Positions 1 through 7,711 of a DNA stretch of 32,000 bases are shown here, piece after piece (within the stretch, counting starts at the first letter, position 1; each line of letters starts with the position of its first letter). The DNA lies in the NCBI GenBank assembly GCA_049414405.1, contig JBMSAQ010000002.1, positions 1-32,000 of the forward strand. Direction: 5' to 3'. The DNA comes from Candidatus Nanopusillus sp. (GTDB lineage Archaea > Nanobdellota > Nanobdellia > Nanobdellales > Nanobdellaceae). Under the pieces are notes generated by a model that was not told the origin of the DNA, did not search any database, and saw nothing but the letters and a program-made list of their open reading frames with translations. A program made the position numbers and the translations under genes.

Positions 1-17
1 AGAATAATTTTTAAATC

Positions 18-42
18 AATTTATAAAATAAATTTATAAAAT
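18..42 (+). promoter_or_regulatory. Tandem TATA-box-like elements upstream of the Sm gene
   Basis: AATTTATAAAAT occurs twice (18-29 and 31-42) with a 1-nt spacer. The centre of the second copy is ~25 nt upstream of ATG-62, the spacing expected for an archaeal TATA box with a leaderless mRNA. Confidence 0.4.
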
Positions 43-61
43 CTTCTTGTATATTTTGTTT

Positions 62-280
62 ATGGACATAGTAAGACCTTTAGATATAATAACACAATCA
101 AAAGGAAAGGAAATAATAGTAGAAATGAAAAATGGTAAACAATACAAAGGTAAATTAGTAGCTTCTGATGTTCACCCGAACATGGTACTAGAAGATGTAA
201 CAGAATTGGATACTAATAAAAAATTACCTTGGATATTCTTAAGGGGTGACAACATATCTGTCATAAAACCAGTTGATTAA
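62..280 (+). CDS. Sm-like (LSm/SmAP) RNA-binding protein
   Basis: The ORF track entry 47..280 starts at a TTG; the first ATG is at 62 (MDIVRPLD...). Sm1-like GKLVASDVHPNMVLEDV and Sm2-like IFLRGDNISVI segments; size typical of archaeal SmAP. Confidence 0.85.
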   Translation: MDIVRPLDIITQSKGKEIIVEMKNGKQYKGKLVASDVHPNMVLEDVTELDTNKKLPWIFLRGDNISVIKPVD

Positions 281-300
281 TTAGTAAACTAAATCATTTG

Positions 301-306
301 TTTTTT
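301..306 (+). terminator. Oligo-T tract downstream of the Sm gene
   Basis: T6 run about 20 nt after the TAA stop. Archaeal RNA polymerase terminates at oligo-T tracts. Confidence 0.35.
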
Positions 307-384
307 ATTGAGTTATAAAAATATATACAGAAATTTAATCATAATACCACAATTTTTGATTTTTATTTATAAATTTAATAAATT

Positions 385-395
385 AAAAATAAAAA
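385..395 (-). terminator. Oligo-T tracts directly after the stop of the PRC-barrel gene
   Basis: The minus strand reads TAA-TTTTTATTTTT immediately after the stop at 396-398. Confidence 0.35.
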
Positions 396-647
396 TTATA
401 CCAAATCGTCTTCAGAAATTACAACAAAATCCCCAATTGCCTTTACCGCCATAAATGGTACTAAAAATCCATCTTTTACTTTTTCTAATCCTAATCGTTG
501 AGCATTTTCAGTAGGATTCTTTAATATGATATTTAATACCTCACCTGTTTTCTCTTCGAATTGTAGATCTGCAATTTCCCCTAATTTTCTACCCTTATCC
601 GTAACAACTGGTTTGTTTAATAAGGATGATGCTTCATATCTTTCCAT
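396..647 (-). CDS. PRC-barrel domain protein
   Basis: 83 aa. The pattern LLNKPVVTDKGRKLGEIADLQFEEKTGEVLNIIL ... VPFMAVKAIGDFVVI resembles small archaeal PRC-barrel proteins. A TATA-like GTTTTATATTTAG lies in the 34-nt spacer upstream. Confidence 0.6.
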   Translation of the reverse strand: MERYEASSLLNKPVVTDKGRKLGEIADLQFEEKTGEVLNIILKNPTENAQRLGLEKVKDGFLVPFMAVKAIGDFVVISEDDLV

Positions 648-681
648 ACATATAAATATAGAAAATATCTAAATATAAAAC

Positions 682-1659
682 TTATACATCCTTAACACCA
701 TCCTCACCAATTCTAAATACAGCTTCTCTTTCGGGTAAGTGGGGTGCATCTATTAACCTAGCAATCCTAGTTCTTTCTTTACCTTTTCTTAGGAATATTC
801 TATATGTAATTGCATGAGCCAAAACATGTCCCCCAACTGCTTGCTGATCTAAAGCAAAATAACCTTCTGGTTTTGCCATAACCTGATTTGTTACGTATAC
901 TGCTAAGTTATAAACTGTGGCCAATTTTAATAAATCTCTTAAGTGTTGATTTAATTTTTGCTGCCTTTCAGCTAAATTACTTCTTCCAACATATTCTGCC
1001 CTGAAATGTGCAGTAATAGAATCTATAATTATTAATCTTATATTTCTTCCTTCATGAATTAAACTAGGTATTTTCTTTACAATACTTATTTGATGATCTG
1101 AATTATATGCTCTTATAAATATTATATTCTTCAAAACACTATCTGGATCTAATTCTAAACCTTTTGCCATTTGTATAATTCTTTCTGGTCTAAACGTACC
1201 TTCGGTATCAATATAAACTGCCTGGGCTGGTTTATTTGGTTCACTTAATCCACCATCTTCCTTTGACAATTGAACATTAACTGATAATTGATGACCCAAT
1301 TGCGTCTTTCCAGAACCAAATTCACCAAAAGCCTCTATTAATGCTTGTGTTTCAACACCTCCTCCAAGTAAATTATCCAAAGCTTTTGAACCTGTAGTTA
1401 TCCTTTCTACAGTTTTTCTTAAATTATAAAAATCATATGCAGATACAAATCCTTGTCCAACAATATTTTGAGCCATTTCTAATAATTTTCTAGCAGTTTC
1501 TTCACCAAGTCCGGCTTTTTCTACCAATTCATGAACAGAAGACACAGCTAAATCTTCTAATGAAAATATACCAGCTTCTCTTAACTTCTGTGCAGTTTTT
1601 GGACCTACACCTGGTAAATCTTCCAAATCTTTAATTTGTTTCTTTTCGTCCTCTTCCAT
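682..1659 (-). CDS. radA: DNA repair and recombination protein RadA
   Basis: N-terminal helix-hairpin-helix ([19 protein letters not shown]), Walker [10 protein letters not shown], Walker B-like LIIIDS. 325 aa, colinear with archaeal RadA/Rad51. Confidence 0.95.
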   Translation of the reverse strand: MEEDEKKQIKDLEDLPGVGPKTAQKLREAGIFSLEDLAVSSVHELVEKAGLGEETARKLLEMAQNIVGQGFVSAYDFYNLRKTVERITTGSKALDNLLGGGVETQALIEAFGEFGSGKTQLGHQLSVNVQLSKEDGGLSEPNKPAQAVYIDTEGTFRPERIIQMAKGLELDPDSVLKNIIFIRAYNSDHQISIVKKIPSLIHEGRNIRLIIIDSITAHFRAEYVGRSNLAERQQKLNQHLRDLLKLATVYNLAVYVTNQVMAKPEGYFALDQQAVGGHVLAHAITYRIFLRKGKERTRIARLIDAPHLPEREAVFRIGEDGVKDV

Positions 1660-1689
1660 TAAAAAGATATATAATTAAAGTTTATAATT

Positions 1690-2289
1690 TTATATAGAGT
1701 TAAATTCTCTCATTAAAATGCTTTTTATTTCTTCTTTATTCAGTGATAAATATTTTAGATAATTTTCTTCTTTTTCAGTTAATTTAAATATTTTAGATCC
1801 ATGAAATCCTTTTGATTTATTATTTTCTATATCTAATATTGGTAATAGAATTGATATACCATTTTCTTCCAATAAATATTGGGATAATTTTCCTTCAGAA
1901 TTTTCAGAATTTTTATCAATAAATATTTTAGATATTAAAACAATATTACTTTCGTTGTATATCTTCTCTATTGAATCTGAAGAAGAATTACCATTTACTT
2001 TATATAAATTATATATTCTTAAATTTCCAGAATTATTAACTAAAATATTTATCTTTACTTTTCCAACTATATTAAATTCATTATACATCATTGAAATTTC
2101 ATTATTATTAATTTTTATTTTTATTTCAGAATTATTTATATTAAAAACGTTATAATAAATATTATTGTCCAAATTAATTTCAATGTATTGATCTTTATTT
2201 ATATCAAATTCTTTTTCAATTATTTTATAATTATCAAAAACTTCATCATAATACTTCTTAAATATATTTTTAAAAAATGTTGAATCCAT
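1690..2289 (-). CDS. Miniature SufB/SufD-family Fe-S assembly protein
   Basis: The C-terminal segment LLPILDIENNKSKGFHGSKIFKLTEKEENYLKYLSLNKEEIKSILMREF matches the conserved SufB/D C-terminus (P.LeI..d.v...HGatvg.ldee.lfYL.sRG..e.eA..l...gF). It lies directly downstream of and overlapping sufC. Start is uncertain (ATG at 2325 or 2289; I prefer 2289, MDSTFF...). Confidence 0.6.
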   Translation of the reverse strand: MDSTFFKNIFKKYYDEVFDNYKIIEKEFDINKDQYIEINLDNNIYYNVFNINNSEIKIKINNNEISMMYNEFNIVGKVKINILVNNSGNLRIYNLYKVNGNSSSDSIEKIYNESNIVLISKIFIDKNSENSEGKLSQYLLEENGISILLPILDIENNKSKGFHGSKIFKLTEKEENYLKYLSLNKEEIKSILMREFNSI

Positions 2290-2959
2290 TTTTTTCAATC
2301 TTATCCAATATGCTCTTATCCCCAATATATTTTACTTTTCCATCAATTAATATTATTACTTTATCAACATCTAATTCTTTAGCAAATTTTAAATTATGAG
2401 AAATTAATATTATCATTTTATTTTCTCTTTTAAATTGACCTAAATAGTATTTTAATTTATTTAAAAATTCTATATCTACTCCAGAATCTATTTCATCAAA
2501 TATAATAATCTTTCTATTTAATAGTATTGATAATAATAATGAAAATCTCTTTTTTTCTCCTCCAGATAAACTATAATTAACTCCTCTATCTAGAAAATCT
2601 TCCGGTAATCCTAAATCTTTTCCCAAATTTAATATCTTTTTTTCATCAAAACTATCTAAAATGTACATCAATAAAGTTCTTGTTCTAATATTTTCTATTT
2701 CAACAGAATCTTGAAAAGAATAAAATATGTGTTTTGCTATATTTTCAGTTTTTTCATTTGTTATATCTATATTGTCTAAGATTATTTTTCCATCCTTTTT
2801 TAAACTTTCATCGTTTAATATTGCTTTTGCAAATGTTGTTTTTCCAGAACCATTTGGACCAAATACTAAATATAATTTTCCGTATTCAAATTCTAAATTT
2901 ATGTTTTCTAATATTTTTTTATTATCAGAATATACATTTAATCCTTCTATTTTCAACAT
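2270..2959 (-). CDS. sufC: SufC-like ABC ATPase (Fe-S cluster assembly)
   Basis: Walker A GPNGSGKTT, ABC signature LSGGEKKR, Walker B IIIFDEIDSGVD, H-loop ISHN. No transmembrane partner. Followed by a SufB/D-like gene. Confidence 0.85.
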   Translation of the reverse strand: MLKIEGLNVYSDNKKILENINLEFEYGKLYLVFGPNGSGKTTFAKAILNDESLKKDGKIILDNIDITNEKTENIAKHIFYSFQDSVEIENIRTRTLLMYILDSFDEKKILNLGKDLGLPEDFLDRGVNYSLSGGEKKRFSLLLSILLNRKIIIFDEIDSGVDIEFLNKLKYYLGQFKRENKMIILISHNLKFAKELDVDKVIILIDGKVKYIGDKSILDKIEKNGFNIF

Positions 2960-2998
2960 TTAAAAAATATACCTTTAACTCTTATAAATATAACTGTG

Positions 2999-3520
2999 TT
3001 ATACTTGCCTAAAAGATTTAAATCCAGGAGTCAAACCTCTTAAAGCCCTCTTCCTATTCTTACTATTCAACAACCAAGAATATTCTTCTCTACTATATAC
3101 ATTTGGATTGTTTGGATCCGCCAATATAACCTCATACCACTTGTATTTACCATCTTCCCCAACATAATATGAATTTATTACTTCTAAATTCTGATATTTT
3201 CTTTGTGCTCTTTGTTCTGCAATTGCTCTCAAACCGATATTTAATGACCTATAGTAATAATAACTTTTTGTTTTAACATGCCTTGGCATATCTTTCCTTT
3301 TTCTCCATCCTTTCTTTACTCTTACTCTAACTAATATAATTCCGTTTATTGGTTTCCATCCTAACTTTCTGGCTCTATCTAATCTTGTTGGTCTTTTTAT
3401 TCTAATAATTTCAGGTTCCCTTCTCCATTTAATTAATCTTTCCTTAACTAATTTCTTTAAATTTTCATCTTTAAATCTATCTTTCCATGTTTCAAAAATA
3501 TATTTATATGCCGACTTCAT
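2999..3520 (-). CDS. rpl15e: 50S ribosomal protein L15e
   Basis: MKSAYKYI..W....E...L..ERLIKWRREP.I.RI.RPTRLDRARKLG. and GWRKRK...H.. are characteristic of eL15. 173 aa. Confidence 0.95.
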   Translation of the reverse strand: MKSAYKYIFETWKDRFKDENLKKLVKERLIKWRREPEIIRIKRPTRLDRARKLGWKPINGIILVRVRVKKGWRKRKDMPRHVKTKSYYYYRSLNIGLRAIAEQRAQRKYQNLEVINSYYVGEDGKYKWYEVILADPNNPNVYSREEYSWLLNSKNRKRALRGLTPGFKSFRQV

Positions 3521-3774
3521 TGTTTGTTTTGATTATCTTGTTTTTGCTCTTGCTTATTTTCCTCACTAAATTCTTTTTGTACCTCCTTTAATTCTCTGTT
3601 TAATTTTATGTCTTCATATCCAATCCATAATATTAGTACGCCCAATATTAATAATGTTAATCCAGCCAACCCTTTTATTACTAATATAGTTTCTCCTAAC
3701 CAATAATATATTAAGAATCCACCTATTACCAACAATATTAATCCTAACAAACTTTCTTTCATCCAATCCTCCAT
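3517..3774 (-). CDS. Small membrane protein (2 predicted TM helices, charged Q/K/E-rich tail)
   Basis: 85 aa with hydrophobic stretches LLGLILLVIGGFLIYYWL and LAGLTLLILGVLILWIGY. Its stop overlaps the L15e start by 4 nt (ATGA). Confidence 0.55.
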   Translation of the reverse strand: MEDWMKESLLGLILLVIGGFLIYYWLGETILVIKGLAGLTLLILGVLILWIGYEDIKLNRELKEVQKEFSEENKQEQKQDNQNKQ

Positions 3775-3815
3775 TTTTTATATCTTGTTATAAATAGTTT
3801 TTTAAATTATATATT

Positions 3816-4709
3816 ATGCATGAGATTATAGAAGAATTACGTAAATTGATTAATACTATTCCATATGGTAAAGTAACAACATTTAAAATACTATCAGAAC
3901 ATTTGGGTGATATATATTCAATAAAATTTATTATAAACTATTATAAAAAATTAAATGGACCGTGGTGGAGAGTTGTAAATTCTGATGGAACTATAAATGA
4001 CAAAATGCAGGAAGAATTATTAAAAAAAGAGGGAATAGAAATTACGAATAATAAAATAGTAAGTTTAGAAAAATATTTATTTGATGATTTTAATATAAAA
4101 GAGAAAATATTAAAAAAATATAGAAAAATTCAGGAAGAATTAGCTAACAAAATTATTTTAGAAGATAATATAGATGATATAAATTTAATTGGAGGAGTTG
4201 ATTTAAGTTATAAAAATGATATTGGCTATGTAGTATACGTTATACTAAATAAAAATTTAAAATTAATAAATAAATATATATTCAAAGAAAAAATAGAATT
4301 TCCATATATACCATCTTTTTTAGCTTTTAGAGAAGGAGAACCAATTATAAAAACATTTAACAAAATAAAAGAAAAAATAGATATATTGTTTGTAAATGGG
4401 CATGGAATTTCTCACCCATTTAAATTAGGTTTAGCATCATATGTTGGAGTAAACTTAAATATACCCACGATTGGGATAACTAAAAAATTATTATCTGGAA
4501 ATATTATTGACAATAAGATTATAATAAATAATGAAGTAAGAGGGTATAAAATAGAAAAATTTGGAAAAATAATATGTGTTTCACCTGGAAATTTAATATC
4601 TTTAGAAAAAACAAAGGAATTATCAGAAAAATATTGGATAAGTGGAAAATGTCCGGAACCAATAAAATTGGCAGATATGATTAGTAAAAAAATTAAATAT
4701 ATGGAATAA
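3816..4709 (+). CDS. nfi: Fusion protein: alkyltransferase-like (ATL, Cys-less MGMT DNA-binding domain) + endonuclease V
   Basis: N-terminus: IPYGKVTTF...GPWWRVVNSDG...LLKKEG matches the AGT/MGMT C-terminal domain, with PCHRV replaced by PWWRV. C-terminus: GGVDLSY, FPYIPSFLAFRE and ILFVNGHGISHPFKLGLASYVGVNLNIPTIGITKK are colinear with E. coli Nfi. Confidence 0.85.
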   Translation: MHEIIEELRKLINTIPYGKVTTFKILSEHLGDIYSIKFIINYYKKLNGPWWRVVNSDGTINDKMQEELLKKEGIEITNNKIVSLEKYLFDDFNIKEKILKKYRKIQEELANKIILEDNIDDINLIGGVDLSYKNDIGYVVYVILNKNLKLINKYIFKEKIEFPYIPSFLAFREGEPIIKTFNKIKEKIDILFVNGHGISHPFKLGLASYVGVNLNIPTIGITKKLLSGNIIDNKIIINNEVRGYKIEKFGKIICVSPGNLISLEKTKELSEKYWISGKCPEPIKLADMISKKIKYME

Positions 4710-5096
4710 CTCTTTTACTTATTTCTCTAAATTTATCTACCTTATAATAAAGCGTAGGAGTAATTATTGAATAAGAATATCCTAAAATCCCATATAATAA
4801 ATGATCTACCCTATAATCATTATTTAATAATCCATATAATCCAAGTAAACATAAAAATATTCCTGTATCTAATAAATATGATCTATAAAGTTCTTTTCTT
4901 GTTTTTGGAAATGGATATCTTAAAGATGCTTTTACATATTTTCTTAAACTTTCTGAAGTAGTTTTTTCAATAAACTTTGATAGTTTTAATTTTTACTTTC
5001 ATCATCAAAAAATATGCTTATACTTCTCTCTTTTATTTTTTCTCTATTTTCTGTTATTTTGTATTTAACTCTATATATAAGATCTAACAAGGTCAT
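4693..5096 (-). pseudogene. Interrupted ORF downstream of aIF5A: 36-codon ORF (5096..4986) plus start-less 99-codon ORF (4992..4693); small membrane protein if joined
   Basis: The ATG at 5096-5094 overlaps the aIF5A stop (TAATG). Frame 1 ends ...GAA AGT AAA AAT TAA. The -1 frame is open for 99 codons with no ATG/GTG/TTG (KLKLSKFIEK...GIFLCLLGLYGLL...). One extra A in the A5 run (4990-4994) joins the two. Not in the ORF track because it lacks a start codon. Confidence 0.45.
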
Positions 5097-5497
5097 TATT
5101 CTCTAAATGCCTGTATAATTATTCTTTCTCCAACATCCCAAACCAATACTTTTTGTCCTTCTTGTATTTTACCTTTTAAATTCTCATCTAATACTTTTGC
5201 ATCAAATGTCTCATATGTATCTAAATCCATTACCGTATATTTATCATCCGATATTTTTGCAATAACTTGTCCCTTTATTTTATTTATTACAGGAACTTCT
5301 ATTGGATCTTGTGTTGGTTTCACTAATTCAGTAGTTCTTCCAGATATTATAGATCTTATTAAAATTTTAGCCTTCGCAGAACCGTGTTTTCCTGTCTTTG
5401 CAGTTTCCATTTCTAATACTTCCCATACTTCATTATTATACCATATATATGATCCTTTCTTTAAATCAATAACTTTCTTAATTTGTATCTCCGGCAT
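5096..5497 (-). CDS. eif5a: Translation initiation factor 5A (aIF5A)
   Basis: Hypusination loop TAKTGKHGSAKA. 133 aa with SH3-like N-terminal and OB-like C-terminal halves. Confidence 0.95.
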   Translation of the reverse strand: MPEIQIKKVIDLKKGSYIWYNNEVWEVLEMETAKTGKHGSAKAKILIRSIISGRTTELVKPTQDPIEVPVINKIKGQVIAKISDDKYTVMDLDTYETFDAKVLDENLKGKIQEGQKVLVWDVGERIIIQAFRE

Positions 5498-5578
5498 AAA
5501 ATTATTATTAATTTAAATTACTTATATATGTTACTCTTGAACATTTTATTTAAACATAATATTACATAAATTATATTA

Positions 5579-6814
5579 ATGGTAGATTATGAAATTTTGG
5601 ATAATGGAATAAAGTTATATAAAATATCATTTAGAAATGAGAATATTGCAATAGGAATATTGGTAAATATAGGATCAATATATGAAAATAGAGAATTTAG
5701 AGGAATTTCTCATTTATTAGAACATATGATGTTTCAATCTAACAAAAAATATAATAAAAATTTTATACATTTATTATTTGAAGAAAGTGGATCAATTCAT
5801 AATGCAGTGACTTATTATAATTATACTTTATATTTTGCTGCAGTAACAAAAGAAGGATTTGAAAATATTGTGGATTTATTTTATTGGATGTTTGAAAATG
5901 ATAAATATGACAATAATGAATTTGAAAATGAGAAAAATGTCGTAAAAACAGAAATAATGATGAGAGAAGACGATCCAATAATAAATTTGAATGATAATTT
6001 ATCAAAATCTGTCTATGGAGATTCTGATTATGGAGATCCTGTGGGTGGTTATATCGAAACAATAAATAACATAACAAAGGATAATTTAGAAGAATTTAAG
6101 TATAAATATTATTCTCCTAAAAATATTTCTATATTTTTAGAGGGAAATATAAGTGATAAGGATGTTGAAATTGTCAGGAAATATTTTTCTAAGTTAGAAG
6201 GAGATAATGTAAAGTTAAAAAATCCAAGTAAGGGAAAAGGGAAAGATATAATAATAAAAATGAAAAATATACAACAAATATATTATAGTATTAATATGAA
6301 TAGTGAAATTAAAAATATAATCCTAATTGATGCATTAACAAAATTTTACAATTTAGGAGCATCTTCAAAAATATTTGAAATATTTAGAAATAAATATGGT
6401 ATAGGATATTCCCCCTCACTTTCTTTATCAAATTTCTATGATGATGAAATAGTATATTCATTAATAATACCAGGATTTCAAATTGATAAAGAAAAAATAA
6501 TAGATAATGCTATTAGAGAATTTTTAGATAATTTAAAAAATATTGATGATAAATATAGAAAGGCAAGATCAAATATATATAAATTTAATTATAATCTTAG
6601 AAAAGAAAATATATTAAAAAGAATAGAAACAGATCCTTATTTGATAAAAATATTGAATATGGATTATGATCAATATTTCAATAAAGTACACAGTCTATTA
6701 TCAAATATAGATAGAGATTTTATTGAAGAGAATGAAAAATATATATATGATTTATTTGAAAAGGGTAAAAAAGTTATAATTTATCCTGAAGATTATGACA
6801 AAAAATATAATTAA
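5579..6814 (+). CDS. M16-family (pitrilysin/insulinase-like) zinc peptidase
   Basis: Inverted zinc motif HxxEH in GISHLLEHMMF, with a downstream Glu-rich segment NEKNVVKTEIMMRED. 411 aa. Confidence 0.8.
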   Translation: MVDYEILDNGIKLYKISFRNENIAIGILVNIGSIYENREFRGISHLLEHMMFQSNKKYNKNFIHLLFEESGSIHNAVTYYNYTLYFAAVTKEGFENIVDLFYWMFENDKYDNNEFENEKNVVKTEIMMREDDPIINLNDNLSKSVYGDSDYGDPVGGYIETINNITKDNLEEFKYKYYSPKNISIFLEGNISDKDVEIVRKYFSKLEGDNVKLKNPSKGKGKDIIIKMKNIQQIYYSINMNSEIKNIILIDALTKFYNLGASSKIFEIFRNKYGIGYSPSLSLSNFYDDEIVYSLIIPGFQIDKEKIIDNAIREFLDNLKNIDDKYRKARSNIYKFNYNLRKENILKRIETDPYLIKILNMDYDQYFNKVHSLLSNIDRDFIEENEKYIYDLFEKGKKVIIYPEDYDKKYN

Positions 6815-7448
6815 AGGAATTGAAGAAACGTTAAGAGAAAATAATATAAACGAAAAACTAACATCTCCATATATTTGGGAAAAATATAAAGATCCGTTTA
6901 AGGTATTAATAACAATACTATTATCTATAAGAGTAAGAGAAGAAAAAACATTGGAAGTTTCCGAAAGATTATTTAGTAAATATAATAGGCTAGAAGATAT
7001 TAAAAATGCATCTTTAGAAGATATAAAGGATACAATAAAGGACATAGGATTATATAATAATAAGGCAAAATGGATTAAAGAGATTGCTGAGAAGTGGGAT
7101 TATGATAAATATTGTGATGAAGAATATATTAGATCTCTACCCGGAGTTGGAAGAAAGATTGCAAATGTATATTTAATAATTGTATGTAATAAAAATTATA
7201 TTGCAGTAGATACTCATGTTCATAGAATATCAAATAGGATTGGATTTATAAAAACAAAAACTCCTGAAGAAACTGAAATGGAATTATATAAGGTTATACC
7301 TGAAGAATATTATAATAAAATTAACTTTTTATTTGTTTTATTTGGAAGAAATATATGCAAACCAATTAATCCAAAATGTAATATATGTAAAATAAATAAA
7401 TATTGTGAATATTATAAAAAATTATTTAGGGGGGATAGATCTCTTTAA
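6795..7448 (+). CDS. nth: Endonuclease III (HhH-GPD DNA glycosylase/AP lyase)
   Basis: HhH LPGVGRKIANVYL, VDTHVHRISNRIG, and a C-terminal 4Fe-4S ligand pattern C-x6-C-x2-C-x5-C (CKPINPKCNICKINKYC). The start overlaps the M16 gene by 20 nt. Confidence 0.9.
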   Translation: MTKNIIKGIEETLRENNINEKLTSPYIWEKYKDPFKVLITILLSIRVREEKTLEVSERLFSKYNRLEDIKNASLEDIKDTIKDIGLYNNKAKWIKEIAEKWDYDKYCDEEYIRSLPGVGRKIANVYLIIVCNKNYIAVDTHVHRISNRIGFIKTKTPEETEMELYKVIPEEYYNKINFLFVLFGRNICKPINPKCNICKINKYCEYYKKLFRGDRSL

Positions 7449-7613
7449 TAATTCTATATGCTCATCTATAAGTTTTTCTTCCGCATATTTTTCTAATTTT
7501 ACCTCATTATTTATCTTTACTTTATGGAATAAGAATAATTTATTTTGTAAATCTGCTGTAAAGGTTCTTATTTCCTTTAAGGATTTTAAATATTCTCTTA
7601 TTTCGTCATTCAA
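7422..7613 (-). CDS. Small helical protein, or the C-terminal part of an interrupted gene
   Basis: The track start is a TTG. The same frame is open with no ATG/GTG/TTG start upstream to 7766 (…KITKKTILALKNSRYKSSLLIHIRIWIATKQLSEILNDEIREYL…). It is reachable by a -1 shift from the upstream 106-aa ORF at CTA AAA TAA. Confidence 0.4.
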   Translation of the reverse strand: MNDEIREYLKSLKEIRTFTADLQNKLFLFHKVKINNEVKLEKYAEEKLIDEHIELLKRSIPPK

Positions 7614-7711
7614 TATTTCTGATAATTGTTTTGTTGCAATCCAAATTCTTATATGGATTAATAATGAACTTTTATATCTGGAATTTTTTAATGCTAATAT
7701 TGTTTTCTTTG

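Noticed and set aside
4767-4961. Plus-strand 64-aa ORF (TTG start) in the gap between nfi and aIF5A.
   Set aside because: Spurious-looking sequence with a TTG start. The opposite strand carries a 99-codon open frame plus an ATG-coupled 36-codon ORF, which explains the region better.
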